Shown: one piece after another, positions 30,523 to 41,364 of the stretch
How positions within the stretch are numbered: the stretch's first letter is position 1
Layout of the letters: every line of letters begins with the position of its first letter
Assembly (NCBI GenBank): GCA_963742415.1
Contig: CAVULX010000003.1
Location: forward strand, 192,001 to 256,000
Direction: 5' to 3'
Origin: an uncultured Parachlamydiaceae bacterium
GTDB taxonomy: Bacteria; Chlamydiota; Chlamydiia; Chlamydiales; Parachlamydiaceae
Length of the DNA: 64,000 nucleotides
The notes under the pieces: generated by a model
What the model was told of the DNA's origin: nothing
The model's database searches: none
The model's input: only the letters and a program-made list of their open reading frames with translations
Program-made: the position numbers and the translations under genes

Positions 30523-31338
30523 ATGGGAAATTTTGAAAATTTCAGCCCGCTGATACGGAATATTTCGGAATCGAAATTTGTACGGGTTCTTATCCTGTTG
30601 GTGTTGGTCGCTGGTCTGATCGTTTGGGGGGTGAGATCCTGTTCAAAAAAAGGGATGAACGGGAAAGTATATAAAATAGCCACCAATAGCACTTGGGGGC
30701 CTATTGAGCTCCAAGGAAAAGAACCTAACATGTTGGCCTTCCTCGATGATTTAATCACCGAAATTGCCCAAAATGAAAACCTCTACGTCACTCTCACAAC
30801 TTTAAATCAAGGCAATCTATTTGAAGGCTTGAAAAGTGGCTATTATGACGCCATATTAGAAATAATAACTCCAAATCCTGTTCTAGAAGAACGTTTTGTC
30901 ATGAGCGAATCGATCTTTTTAGCTGGGCCTGTCCTCGTTGTTCAATCTTCTTCTTCAGCGACAACCTTGGAGTCTTTGGAAGGAAAAGAGGTCGGAGTGA
31001 TCAGAAATTCAGCCTACACCTTCAAATTAAACCAGATTCCAAGCCTTGTGCTGGTCTCTTACGACAATATCATTGCAGCTCTAGAGGATTTAGAAAAAGG
31101 AACCCTCAGCGGTGTTGTCATGAATGCTCAGCTCGCAAATACTTTCACTAAAGGCTTTTACAAAGGGAAATTAAAAGTGGCTACCGCTCCATTGACTAAA
31201 GAAGGGATTCGTCTGATTACTTTGTGGACCCCCCAAGGGGAGTATCTCATAGAACATTTTAATGCCGGACTTAAGGCTCTTGAAAAAGACGGAAGGTATG
31301 ACCAATTGATCACCAAATGGGCCCTATTTAATCCTTGA
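30523..31338 (+). CDS. Polar amino acid ABC transporter substrate-binding protein (FliY-like)
   Basis: N-terminal membrane anchor and SBP family 3 features (LEGKEVGV, FNAGLKALEKDGRYDQLITKW). Confidence 0.8.
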   Translation: MGNFENFSPLIRNISESKFVRVLILLVLVAGLIVWGVRSCSKKGMNGKVYKIATNSTWGPIELQGKEPNMLAFLDDLITEIAQNENLYVTLTTLNQGNLFEGLKSGYYDAILEIITPNPVLEERFVMSESIFLAGPVLVVQSSSSATTLESLEGKEVGVIRNSAYTFKLNQIPSLVLVSYDNIIAALEDLEKGTLSGVVMNAQLANTFTKGFYKGKLKVATAPLTKEGIRLITLWTPQGEYLIEHFNAGLKALEKDGRYDQLITKWALFNP

Positions 31339-31369
31339 GCCGCATTAAAATTATTCGTTAATTAATAAT

Positions 31370-31504
31370 TAATGTAAGTTGAAAATTACTGAGTGTAATC
31401 AAGTTTAAAAAACCTCTATGATCTCTGTGAACTCTGCGGTTTATTAAAATTCAACCGCAGAGTTCACAGAGAGACAATAATTTAATTATTTACAACTTAC
31501 GTTA
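31370..31504. repeat. MITE-like repeat family A copy 2
   Basis: TAATGTAAGTTGAAAATTACTGAGTGTAATCAAGTTTAAAAAACCTC ... CAACTTACGTTA. Confidence 0.9.
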
Positions 31505-31584
31505 ATTATTAAATTTTCTTTGTTTCTTATTATAGTTTTTGATATTTTTTTTTGACATAATTATAAAATATAAGGATATCAAAT

Positions 31585-33735
31585 ATGGAAACACCCCTAG
31601 TTCCGTCATCCCCCTCCTCTTTGCCTTATTTTTCTCAGTGGAAATTAAATACATACGACTTTGGCCAAATATCCAGGTTAGGTATACCTACCGCCATTTT
31701 TGCAATAGCCACCGCATATGCCCCTGTTACTTGCACTTTAACAGGACTGGGGGTCACTTTCTTTTCCATCATGGATATGCGCGAACTGATCAATAACGGG
31801 AAATATGATCCGATTAAAGCCGCCCAAATGATCACGGTTGCCTTGGTTATCACCTCAATTGCCCTAAGCGGATTATCGGTGGGTTTAACTCCTCTATGTG
31901 CTCGTATCCTTCTGCTTAATTTTCCACCCAAAGCTTCAGCTTTTTTAATCCTTTTGCCTTTTGGGTTAAGCTTATTAACTGGATTATGGGGTTACGTAGG
32001 AGGAGGTGCACGCAGCGCTTTAGGAGCTATAGGCAGCCTGCCCGCCGAAAAAATTATCGAATATATTAAAGAGCTCCGTGCTAGCCAGAAACCGTTAAGT
32101 ATCTGGGATGCGCTCTGTTTACATGCTTTCATTGCCTTTAGAAAAGACATTCAGAGTTTAGTGAACTCAATGCCAAGGGCAGTCCAGAACTTCCGCGCCA
32201 CTTTTGCCCCAGAAGCTGAATTGAATGAAATTATTTCCAGCCGCATAGACAAAATTCGTAACTTAAAAGAGCAGCTTCCTCATGTAGGGTGGACCTCACG
32301 ACTAAAGATTTCAAATGAGATTGACGAAACATTGTCCTACCTCCCTCAAATTATTTCCCGGTTAAGCATTGAAGACCAGATAAAACAAACAGATGCCATT
32401 TTGAATGAATTGCAAACCCTCTCTCTTCCAGAAGCCCGTATCGCTTGTTGCTCTTACCTGAACGAATATTATCTCAATATGAATTCCCAATTCAACGAGA
32501 TCCCCAAAATTTTGGTGGATAAATATAAAGAAATAAATGAAAACTTCTCATCAAAACTAACTTCTCAACAATTGTATCAATATCAAATTGATCTTCAAAC
32601 TCTGAGTTCCGAATGGATCAGGTACAATTGGATTGTCGAAGTACTCAATAGCATCAATCCATCCTTGGAGGTTGAAAAATCTGAAGATTTCATTTCCCTT
32701 ACAGAAAATCTCCAACATTTGAGGAAAAAAACAGATGAACTTCAAAGCGAGATTCAAAAAAATAAAAATATATCGGATCTTAAATTAGAAGAAAAAGACA
32801 AAATAGATCGAGAAGATACTGTGTGGAATGCCCTTATTCTTATCGAAGGCAATTCCAGTAAAATGATTAAAGAAACTATGGAAGAACTTTGCCAGATATT
32901 GGAAGTTGAAAACGACGATACTAATGCCATGGACAGTGAGCTTACAAAATTGGGGTTGAACAATGTTCAGGCGCTTTTCGATAATAACATTGTTACAGAA
33001 GACGAATTTATCAAGATAGAAGAAGAAGAACGTTTCGAAAATAAAGAAATAGCCAAAACCTCAATAAAGAATAAAATCTTCGCTCATATCAAACAAAAAA
33101 AGGCTTCTTCTATTGATCTCCACTCACGTATCTATACCGTATTGGCAGCAGAACCGAAAAAACGGGATATGAGCCGTCTATACCGTACAACATCCACAAT
33201 CATTTATCGGGCCACTATGGCGTTTTCAATTTTAGCTCCTTTGATGGCCTGTTATCAGCGTGCTATAGTTGGCTTGGCTGTAGGAATTGTAGGATTTGGA
33301 GTTTATTCTTGTTGGAAGCGGAAAAGAATCTCCATTCACGAAGCCGGAGAATATTTTTTTGGCGGCCCCCGATTTACCCATCAATTATTCACAATGCTAA
33401 TAACAAGACGAACACTATTGACCCACCATCCCTCTTTCGAAAAAGATTTAGATACTTTCGTCAACGCCGATTTTTTTGGAAAATTCCGGCTGCTTTCGAT
33501 GGAACTTGGAATTACCGCAGCTTCCTCAATAATTTCCTTTGCAGCCAATGGGAAAAATGAAAACGACTCTTTTAGTGGCCGCGATAGCTTGCTGATTGAC
33601 CTGTTCCCGATAGGTCTTGGCGCCATGCTAGGCAGAGAGTTTGTTGATGGTGCATTTTATGGGATGCAGCGGCTCAAGGCCTTCCTCAACAAGAACAATG
33701 ATTCACTTAACCTATCTACACGATCTCTCCAGTAG
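31585..33735 (+). CDS. Hypothetical membrane protein with a coiled-coil centre (Inc-like)
   Basis: N-terminal hydrophobic hairpins, charged helical middle, C-terminal hydrophobic segments. Confidence 0.65.
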   Translation: METPLVPSSPSSLPYFSQWKLNTYDFGQISRLGIPTAIFAIATAYAPVTCTLTGLGVTFFSIMDMRELINNGKYDPIKAAQMITVALVITSIALSGLSVGLTPLCARILLLNFPPKASAFLILLPFGLSLLTGLWGYVGGGARSALGAIGSLPAEKIIEYIKELRASQKPLSIWDALCLHAFIAFRKDIQSLVNSMPRAVQNFRATFAPEAELNEIISSRIDKIRNLKEQLPHVGWTSRLKISNEIDETLSYLPQIISRLSIEDQIKQTDAILNELQTLSLPEARIACCSYLNEYYLNMNSQFNEIPKILVDKYKEINENFSSKLTSQQLYQYQIDLQTLSSEWIRYNWIVEVLNSINPSLEVEKSEDFISLTENLQHLRKKTDELQSEIQKNKNISDLKLEEKDKIDREDTVWNALILIEGNSSKMIKETMEELCQILEVENDDTNAMDSELTKLGLNNVQALFDNNIVTEDEFIKIEEEERFENKEIAKTSIKNKIFAHIKQKKASSIDLHSRIYTVLAAEPKKRDMSRLYRTTSTIIYRATMAFSILAPLMACYQRAIVGLAVGIVGFGVYSCWKRKRISIHEAGEYFFGGPRFTHQLFTMLITRRTLLTHHPSFEKDLDTFVNADFFGKFRLLSMELGITAASSIISFAANGKNENDSFSGRDSLLIDLFPIGLGAMLGREFVDGAFYGMQRLKAFLNKNNDSLNLSTRSLQ

Positions 33736-34554
33736 GATTTGAAACAATAACCGGTAAGGGTGAATTAAAACATCGAAAATGCACCTTTTCAACTTTGCAA
33801 AAAATGTTTGCGAAACTTCAGGAAAAAATTCCCGCTCCAATCTTTCAGCTTCTTGCAAATAATCTTCCCGCAGCGAAACCATGTCTAATAGATCCCCCGA
33901 AAAATGGAGGGGCCGCATTTTGGAGCGCATTCGAACGACCTTCAATTCATGATCTCCCTGTAAAGGGGTTAAAGGCTTCGATAAATCGACTGCCAGAGGA
34001 GCCATTTTTTTCTTTCTCAAACTCTTTAAATGGATGTCAAATTGATCATAAATCATCCCTTCCCCCTCTACATCAATATTTGTAAAATAATGGGGACCAT
34101 TCCTTAAGTGGGATTCTGCTCCACTGAGCCTATATTGATTAAATTGCTTATCATGCAACACCCAGACAACTTGATATCCAAGAGAAGAATAATCAGCATT
34201 GCGCGCTTTTACTTCCTCTGCCGGCAAAGGGGAACATTGGATTTCAAATATAATTTTTTTGGAGATCCATGCTGCATCAGCAATTCTAGAAATCTCGGGA
34301 AATGGCCTTTCTAAAGTACATTCCCCTTCAGGCAGAAGGTTTTGCAAATAACTTTGCACTTGGAGATGGATCATGCTTTTTCCACTTAACTTACAATGTA
34401 ATGAAGATTTATAATGGAAAAAGTGCGCCTTCCGATGATCCCCCTTTCTCGATCTAACAGTTCCTTGGCATTCAGGACAGGTGTAATCCTTCCCTTTAAG
34501 AGCTTTTGCAGCAGGGATTAAGTTGTTATGAGAATCAAACGCATAAAGTTGCAT
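33712..34554 (-). CDS. coiA: Competence protein CoiA-like nuclease
   Basis: YTCPEC...AHFFH zinc finger, S.IH, RIAD and IFEIQCSPL. Confidence 0.8.
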   Translation of the reverse strand: MQLYAFDSHNNLIPAAKALKGKDYTCPECQGTVRSRKGDHRKAHFFHYKSSLHCKLSGKSMIHLQVQSYLQNLLPEGECTLERPFPEISRIADAAWISKKIIFEIQCSPLPAEEVKARNADYSSLGYQVVWVLHDKQFNQYRLSGAESHLRNGPHYFTNIDVEGEGMIYDQFDIHLKSLRKKKMAPLAVDLSKPLTPLQGDHELKVVRMRSKMRPLHFSGDLLDMVSLREDYLQEAERLEREFFPEVSQTFFAKLKRCIFDVLIHPYRLLFQILLERSCR

Positions 34555-34788
34555 AAAGCAGGCAAAATACCGGGATTTATAACTATATTTCAATCATAAA
34601 ACGAAAAAGGTTGGTAGAAAGGGAAATAAAAATATGCAATATTGACAAAAACAATCATATTAGTGGAAAATAAGTCATGCAATTTTTCTACTCATTATTG
34701 TTGTCCTGCCAGCAAGTTTTTATTAAAACGCTAGGTTTAAATTGCGTATGCTCCCCTTATCAAAATAAAGGATGTGGATTAGAAAAAC

Positions 34789-36447
34789 ATGACTAAATCA
34801 AATTTTAAAAGCACTTTTTCTCCCCCCCATCAGCAAAAAATTGATGAATTGGTCGCACTTTCAAAAGAACAAGGCTATATCACTTACGAAGAAATCAATG
34901 AAATCTTGCCGATGACCTTTGATTCCGCCGATCAAATCGACCAAGTCCTGATTTATTTGAGCGGAATGGATATTCAGGTTCTTAATCAATCCGAAGTTGA
35001 ACGGCAAAAAGAACGTAAAAAAGAAGCAAAAGAGCTCGAAGGGCTCCCCAAAAGAATCGAAGGCACTCCCGATGACCCTGTCCGCATGTACCTTAAAGAA
35101 ATGGGATCGGTCCCCCTCCTTAGCCGCGAAGAAGAAGTTGAAATTTCCAAACGGATCGAAAAAGCGCAGATCCAAATCGAGCGGATCATCATGCGTTTCC
35201 GCTATTCTACAAGGGAAGCTATATCTATTGCCACTTACCTCATTCAGGGGAAGGAACGATTCGATAAGTCGATCACAGAAAAAGAGGTGCTAAACAAACA
35301 AGAATTTTTAAACCTCCTCCCAAAATTATGCAATTTGCTCAAAGAAGAGGATGAAAAGCTGGAAACCCTTCTAGGGGATAACCTTCAAGGAAAAAAAAGT
35401 GAAAAAGGGAAGATCGCCGAAGAGATCGAAAAATGCCGTATCCGCACTCAAGCCTACTTGCGAAGGCTCCATTGCCGCCATAACATCATCGAAGACTTTG
35501 TTGAAGTCATTTTAGAGGCCTATAACCGCTTCTTGGCTTTAGAAAAAGAGATCAACGAACTCATCCCTCGTGCTGAAAGAAATAAATTTGCCGCCCAAAA
35601 GCTATCTGCCTTCCAACGAAAACTTCACAAACGGGAACTCGCCGCAGGACGCACCTTGGATGACTTCAAAAAAGATGTCCGGATGCTACAACGATGGATG
35701 GATAAAAGCCAAGAAGCCAAGCGGGAGATGGTCGAGTCTAACCTTCGGCTCGTGATTTCGATCGCTAAAAAATACACAAACCGGGGCCTTTCCTTCTTGG
35801 ATCTTATCCAAGAAGGAAATATGGGGCTCATGAAAGCCGTCGAAAAATTTGAATATCGACGCGGGTATAAATTTTCCACCTACGCCACATGGTGGATTCG
35901 CCAAGCTGTCACACGCGCTATCGCGGACCAAGCACGTACCATCCGAATCCCTGTACACATGATTGAAACCATCAATAAAGTTCTCCGCGGAGCCAAAAAA
36001 CTCATGATGGAAACAGGGCGGGAACCCACGCCGGAAGAACTGGCAGAAGAATTAGGAATCACTCCTGAACGGGTCCGTGAAATCTATAAAATTGCGCAGC
36101 ATCCGATTTCTCTGCAAGCTGAAGTGGGCGATGGCGGAGAAAGCCAGTTTGGAGATTTCCTCGAAGATACAGGCGCCGATTCACCGGCCGAAGCGACCGG
36201 TTACTCCATCTTAAAAGATAAAATGGGAGAAGTCCTCGCCACTTTAACTGAAAGGGAACGGAAGGTCCTCATCCAACGCTTTGGATTGATGGACGGCAAA
36301 CCAAAAACTTTGGAAGAAGTTGGCATTGAATTTAATGTTACCCGTGAACGGATTCGTCAAATTGAAGCCAAAGCCCTGCGCAAGATGCGCCATCCAACCC
36401 GTTCAAAACAACTCAAAGCATTTTTAGATCTTCTTGAGATCGAATAG
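34789..36447 (+). CDS. rpoD: RNA polymerase primary sigma factor (sigma66/RpoD)
   Basis: [40 protein letters not shown] and [15 protein letters not shown]. Confidence 0.98.
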   Translation: MTKSNFKSTFSPPHQQKIDELVALSKEQGYITYEEINEILPMTFDSADQIDQVLIYLSGMDIQVLNQSEVERQKERKKEAKELEGLPKRIEGTPDDPVRMYLKEMGSVPLLSREEEVEISKRIEKAQIQIERIIMRFRYSTREAISIATYLIQGKERFDKSITEKEVLNKQEFLNLLPKLCNLLKEEDEKLETLLGDNLQGKKSEKGKIAEEIEKCRIRTQAYLRRLHCRHNIIEDFVEVILEAYNRFLALEKEINELIPRAERNKFAAQKLSAFQRKLHKRELAAGRTLDDFKKDVRMLQRWMDKSQEAKREMVESNLRLVISIAKKYTNRGLSFLDLIQEGNMGLMKAVEKFEYRRGYKFSTYATWWIRQAVTRAIADQARTIRIPVHMIETINKVLRGAKKLMMETGREPTPEELAEELGITPERVREIYKIAQHPISLQAEVGDGGESQFGDFLEDTGADSPAEATGYSILKDKMGEVLATLTERERKVLIQRFGLMDGKPKTLEEVGIEFNVTRERIRQIEAKALRKMRHPTRSKQLKAFLDLLEIE

Positions 36448-36455
36448 AAGATACG

Positions 36456-38687
36456 ATGGCACAATCAGCCCCTATCCTTGAACTTGACAAAGAAAGGATT
36501 CTGAAGCTTCTAGATGCAGACGGTCCTTTCTGCCAGTATTTCAAAGGCTTTGAGCCCCGTCCACAACAGATACAAATGCTCAGCGATATCGTAGAAGCTT
36601 ACAACAACCGCTCTATCACTTTGATCGAAGCTGGAACGGGTACTGGTAAAAGCTTGGCTTATTTAATCCCAGCCATCTTATGGTATCGAAAATATTTAGA
36701 AAGAACAGTCATTTCCACCAACACAATCAATCTTCAAGAGCAATTGCTCTTTAAAGATATTCCCCTCGTCACAAAAGCCCTAAAAGTAGATTGCAATGCC
36801 ACCTTAGTCAAGGGGATGGGAAATTATGTTTGCCTCCGCAAATTAAAAGAATCCCGCTTGGAACTCCCCCTCATGAGCAAACAAGAAATTGGGGAATTGG
36901 AAAAAATTGAAGCTTGGAGCGAATCGACAACCGATGGTTCCCGTTCCTCTTTGCCTATCGTCCCTTCTGCAGCGACCTGGGAAAAAGTGGGAGCCGAATA
37001 CGATACGTGCAACCACAAAGACTGCCCCTTTTATAAAGACTGCTTTTATTTTAAAGCCCGTCGCGCTGCCTCTGAAGCCCATATTCTAATTGTCAACCAC
37101 CATTTGCTATGCTCAGACCTAATCTTGCGCAGTGAAAACCCCTCTTCGCCTGAAGGAGGAATCCTCCCTCCCTACACACGCATTATCCTCGATGAAGCCC
37201 ACAACCTCGAGGAAACTGCCACAGACTTTTTTTCCGCTCGGATGAATCAATTGGGCTTTTTGCATAATCTCTCTAAAATCTCTTCCGAAAAACTCGGCAA
37301 ACCTTGCGGAAAACTGCAAATCCTAAAACAGCAAATTAATAGTTGTTATAAAAAAGGATGGCCTCACGAGATCGATGCAATTTTTAGCAAATTGAATACA
37401 GAAGTGGCCGTTTTGCGGATAGATCTCGTCCATGCTATTCATAAAACTTGTGAAGCCTTTAAACGGTTTTCCCAATTGTTGATGCCAGGTAAAAACGGGG
37501 ATGACCTAAATCCAAATGAAACCAAATTGCGTGTATTAGAATTTCATCGGACACACCCCTATTGGGAAAATGAAATCGTCCCCGCATCAAAAGAATTTAT
37601 TGAAAAAGGGGAGAAATTTATCCAAAGCCTGGATAGTTTGGCCGTCGATCTCATTCAAATCAAAAATTCCCAGATTCAGGAAAACACAAAAAATACCCTT
37701 TTTGATATCAAAGCGTTGTCTACACGCCTTACAGAAGATATCAACATCATCAGAAACTTTATCGCTCCTCAACTCCCTCCCGATAAGGTGCGCTGGATTG
37801 AAACACAAAATATCAAAGGATCTTCAAACACCTGCTTGTTCGATGCTGATTTAGACGTTTCCAAGGGGCTGGCTAACTACTTATTTAACAAGTTTCCTAC
37901 AACGATACTTGTAAGCGCAACATTGACGACCAATCATCGATTTGATTTTACCCGCCAACGATTAGGACTATCGGCCGATCTTATTGAAAGAACCGAAATC
38001 GTGGAATGCAAATATGATTCCCCTTTCAATTATCCAGAACAAGCCCTTTTGGCCGTGCCAACAGATATCCCATCTCCAACCCATCCCGAATTCAGCAAAG
38101 CTGCAGCTGAACAAATCCTTTTGTCATTGCAAGCTAGCCGCGGGAATGCGTTTGTCTTGTTTACTTCATATGCCATGCTTAAAACCTGCTATGAGCTTAT
38201 TCTAGACAAAATGTTGGATCTTCGATTCAACCCCATGAAGCAAGGGGATACCAACCGGCAAACGTTGCTCACAAAATTTAAACAAACAGACCGTGCTGTG
38301 CTCTTTGGCACAGATTCGTTCTGGGAAGGAGTGGATGTCGCTGGGGAAGCCCTTCGTTGTGTGATTCTGGTAAAGCTCCCCTTTCGCGTTCCCACCGAAC
38401 CGATCTTGCAAGCGCGCTGTGAAGCCATTGCAGCCAAAGGGGGCAACCCCTTTCTGGAATACTCCTTGCCCCGAGCTATTGTTAAATTCAAGCAAGGTTT
38501 CGGCCGCCTCATCCGAAATAAGAAAGATCATGGCTGCATTGTCTGTCTAGATGAACGGCTCTTAAGCAAAAGTTACGGCAAATTATTCTTAGAAAGCCTT
38601 CCCCATTGCCAACAAGTGTTTGCCCCCATGGCAGAAATTCACGAACAAATGAAGCTTTTTTATAAAAGATCAAAAAGTCGATGCTAA
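36456..38687 (+). CDS. dinG: DinG/YoaA-family Fe-S DNA helicase
   Basis: EAGTGTGKSLAYL, NYVC...C..C..C, DEAH, SATL, LFTSY, FWEGVD and QGFGRLIR. Confidence 0.92.
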   Translation: MAQSAPILELDKERILKLLDADGPFCQYFKGFEPRPQQIQMLSDIVEAYNNRSITLIEAGTGTGKSLAYLIPAILWYRKYLERTVISTNTINLQEQLLFKDIPLVTKALKVDCNATLVKGMGNYVCLRKLKESRLELPLMSKQEIGELEKIEAWSESTTDGSRSSLPIVPSAATWEKVGAEYDTCNHKDCPFYKDCFYFKARRAASEAHILIVNHHLLCSDLILRSENPSSPEGGILPPYTRIILDEAHNLEETATDFFSARMNQLGFLHNLSKISSEKLGKPCGKLQILKQQINSCYKKGWPHEIDAIFSKLNTEVAVLRIDLVHAIHKTCEAFKRFSQLLMPGKNGDDLNPNETKLRVLEFHRTHPYWENEIVPASKEFIEKGEKFIQSLDSLAVDLIQIKNSQIQENTKNTLFDIKALSTRLTEDINIIRNFIAPQLPPDKVRWIETQNIKGSSNTCLFDADLDVSKGLANYLFNKFPTTILVSATLTTNHRFDFTRQRLGLSADLIERTEIVECKYDSPFNYPEQALLAVPTDIPSPTHPEFSKAAAEQILLSLQASRGNAFVLFTSYAMLKTCYELILDKMLDLRFNPMKQGDTNRQTLLTKFKQTDRAVLFGTDSFWEGVDVAGEALRCVILVKLPFRVPTEPILQARCEAIAAKGGNPFLEYSLPRAIVKFKQGFGRLIRNKKDHGCIVCLDERLLSKSYGKLFLESLPHCQQVFAPMAEIHEQMKLFYKRSKSRC

Positions 38688-38715
38688 ATTAATACCAATT
38701 CGGCTCCGACTAAAT

Positions 38716-38739
38716 AAAAAAAAACCCCGAAAGGGGTTT
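38716..38739 (-). terminator. Rho-independent terminator of the convergent minus-strand genes
   Basis: A-tract followed by AAACCCC-GAAA-GGGGTTT. Confidence 0.65.
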
Positions 38740-38806
38740 AGGATAGATAGCCCCGGAGCGCTACCTCGAAAGGATAGGCGACTCCGGGTTATGATTCAAA
38801 GAATCA

Positions 38807-40075
38807 TTAGTCTCCACCAAAGAGCACAATTGTTATAGTTTGGCTAGTAGATCCACAATCTGTGGTGCCAGTAATTGTAACTCTTGCAGTTACCTCTGTG
38901 GTGCCTGGGTTCTCAACAAGCAAGAATCCATCCGTAGTCAACGTCACTCCAGTAGGCAAGTTAGACGCTGTGAATGTTATAGGAAGGCCATTAGGACTGT
39001 GGAAATTTGTTGAGATATTGGCAATAGATATACCAGGATTAAACGTCAGAGGTCCAAATGGATCTGAAGTCGGCCCTGCACAGCTACTTTCCTCTGCAAT
39101 TGCTAACACTGTCGGCATGTAAACAGCAGGTTCTACAAGCCAGTCAGCTAAATCGTTGCAGACATTTGGACAGCAATCGTTAGAAGCACAGGGATCGCAG
39201 CATGTGTTGCAGCAATCGCCACGATTCCATGCATAACGCAACTCAACTCCAGCATTTGAACTGCTCGGCAAATGTTCTTTACCCCAAGTGTAACCGCCGA
39301 AAACAGCAATGCTGACGTCTCCATCCCAGATATTGTCATTCCATGCAAGTCTTCCTTCCAAGTAGTTATAGGCTTTTCGGAACTCCCCTTTAACATCGAA
39401 AACAAAACAGTCCCAGAGCCTTTGAACGAACCAAACTGATCCGCTAACCCCTCGAACTCGCTTGTCATGAGAAAAGTGGCGATGGTAATCTGTTGAATCG
39501 TAACCCACTGTTCCGATTAACCTGGCGCATTCCCATGGGGAAATGATTAAGCCCCCTTCCACATTCCAATTGCTTGCTCCTGCAATACGGCGAGAAATTG
39601 TTTCATTTTCAGTTTCACATAAGACTGAACTAAGAGAATGACTTGTTGCTCGTGAATAGGAACCGGTTAATTGGATCCCTTCGAGGAAGCAAAACCAATC
39701 ATCCACTAGGTATTGGTATTTTCCCCCTGCAGCCCACTGATGTGTCCATCGATGAACTCTTCCACTGGAAAAATTGTAGTGAAATTTTTCCCCCAAAAAT
39801 TCACCGCCGACTTTTAATCGATGGCAATCTCCGTAAAACGCACCATAAGAACCGTTGATACGATAAATTTTTGAACCAATTTCACCGAGAAAACTAACGG
39901 CGCTATTATCGCAAATGGATACAGGCGTTAGATTTAACCGGAAATAGGGGAAAAAATTATCCTTTGTTCTTTTAGTGCCATGATCGCAACTCCTCTCCTC
40001 TTCAGCAAAAGCTGCTTGTGAGCTGGAAAAAACCAAAGCTGCACACAGAGCTAAAAAATAGAGTATTTTTCGCAT
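38807..40075 (-). CDS. Cys-rich outer-membrane beta-barrel protein with C-terminal Ig-like domain (inverse-autotransporter-like)
   Basis: Signal peptide, amphipathic aromatic strands, CCNTCCDPC segment, and C-terminal PITFTASNLPTGVTL. Paralog of 40194-41222. Confidence 0.6.
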   Translation of the reverse strand: MRKILYFLALCAALVFSSSQAAFAEEERSCDHGTKRTKDNFFPYFRLNLTPVSICDNSAVSFLGEIGSKIYRINGSYGAFYGDCHRLKVGGEFLGEKFHYNFSSGRVHRWTHQWAAGGKYQYLVDDWFCFLEGIQLTGSYSRATSHSLSSVLCETENETISRRIAGASNWNVEGGLIISPWECARLIGTVGYDSTDYHRHFSHDKRVRGVSGSVWFVQRLWDCFVFDVKGEFRKAYNYLEGRLAWNDNIWDGDVSIAVFGGYTWGKEHLPSSSNAGVELRYAWNRGDCCNTCCDPCASNDCCPNVCNDLADWLVEPAVYMPTVLAIAEESSCAGPTSDPFGPLTFNPGISIANISTNFHSPNGLPITFTASNLPTGVTLTTDGFLLVENPGTTEVTARVTITGTTDCGSTSQTITIVLFGGD

Positions 40076-40166
40076 TTTTCTTCATCTCCTTCAATCTGTT
40101 ACTTTATCTCGCTTTTTTGTCAGGCTTATTCTTAGAGCCCACAAAAAGACAAATTTTTAAAACTTT

Positions 40167-40191
40167 AAAAGCCCCTATCTAGGGGCTTTTT
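40167..40191. terminator. Hairpin terminator between the two paralogs
   Basis: AAAAGCCCCT-ATCT-AGGGGCTTTT. Confidence 0.7.
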
Positions 40192-40193
40192 GG

Positions 40194-41222
40194 CTACTGA
40201 ACTAATTCTACTGATTCAAATCTTTGATCACCTATAGCTAATGCTTGTGGTCTATAAATTGCAGGATCTGCAATCCAATTAGCTAACTCACAACTATCAT
40301 AGCAGCATACTTGTTCACAGCAATCGTTGCAGCCATTGTTGCAGCAATTGAACCATGAGCATGGGTTAATGCCGAATGTGAATCTAACTTCGCCGCCTGC
40401 AGCGCTGCTGCTAGGAAGCTTATATTTTCCCCAAACATGATTGCCAAAAACTCCGATCGTGAGATCGCCGCATTCAAATCTCTCGGTCCAGTTAAGCATC
40501 GCTTCTAAGTAGTTGTACGGGCGTTTGATTTGAGCTTTGATATCGAGGACAAGTTGGCACCATATTTTTTGTGTATAATCCAAGCTAAAGCCCACACCTG
40601 AAAGACGTTTTGTATCTTGGTGCTCCCGATGGTACCTAATGTTGTCATAGGAAATCGATAGAATCAAATTTCCACATTCCAATGGTGCCATAATAACACC
40701 AGCTTCCGCATTCCAGAAGATAGAGTCGCTGACCCGTCTTTCCAAATCAGACCCTTGAGCTAAGCAGATGACTTCAGGAAGGCGGCGAGCCATAGCATGG
40801 GAATACCCCAAAGCTAATTGTATACCATTAAAACAGCTTGGGCACTCAAACCAATATTGATATTTGCCTCCAACGCCCACTTGATGGGTCCATCGTAGAG
40901 CTCGGCCGCTAGAAAACTTATAGTGAATTTTTTGTGTCAGCCATTCAGCACCCAATTTGAAGCGGTGGCAATTGTCGGAAAAAAATCCATAGGTTCCATT
41001 GAATCTATAGTTTCTTGCTCCCATTTCACCTAAAAGAGCTAAACCTCCATTATCACAGTCAAGAGTTGCAATAGGTCTTACGCGCGCATAGGCAAAAAAG
41101 TTATCATATGACTTCCCTATGTCATGATCACAATTTCCTTCTACCTGTTCTGCGCCTGCGTATTGCAGCTGCAGTGTAAATAATGCGAGCAAAAACGTTA
41201 ACATGTACGATAATTTTTGCAT
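40194..41222 (-). CDS. Cys-rich outer-membrane beta-barrel paralog without passenger domain
   Basis: Shares DNFF.Y.R, YR.NG.YG, FSSGR..RWTHQ, GGKYQY, YNYLE, LPSSS.AG.E.R and LA.W...PA.Y.P..LAI with 38807-40075. Confidence 0.6.
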   Translation of the reverse strand: MQKLSYMLTFLLALFTLQLQYAGAEQVEGNCDHDIGKSYDNFFAYARVRPIATLDCDNGGLALLGEMGARNYRFNGTYGFFSDNCHRFKLGAEWLTQKIHYKFSSGRALRWTHQVGVGGKYQYWFECPSCFNGIQLALGYSHAMARRLPEVICLAQGSDLERRVSDSIFWNAEAGVIMAPLECGNLILSISYDNIRYHREHQDTKRLSGVGFSLDYTQKIWCQLVLDIKAQIKRPYNYLEAMLNWTERFECGDLTIGVFGNHVWGKYKLPSSSAAGGEVRFTFGINPCSWFNCCNNGCNDCCEQVCCYDSCELANWIADPAIYRPQALAIGDQRFESVELVQ

Positions 41223-41364
41223 TTTCTAGGTCTCCTTAAATATTTACAAATTCTTCAGCTTTCGACATTGCTTTTGTATTCCATGCTTGCCAAGTGCATG
41301 TGAAAGCTTGTTCTTCTATTTAACTGCCTTTCATAACAGTTTTTATCAATTGAAGCAATATTTA

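Noticed and set aside
36456-38687. CasDinG or defence-system helicase
   Set aside because: It sits 8 bp after rpoD in housekeeping context with no csf/cas genes.
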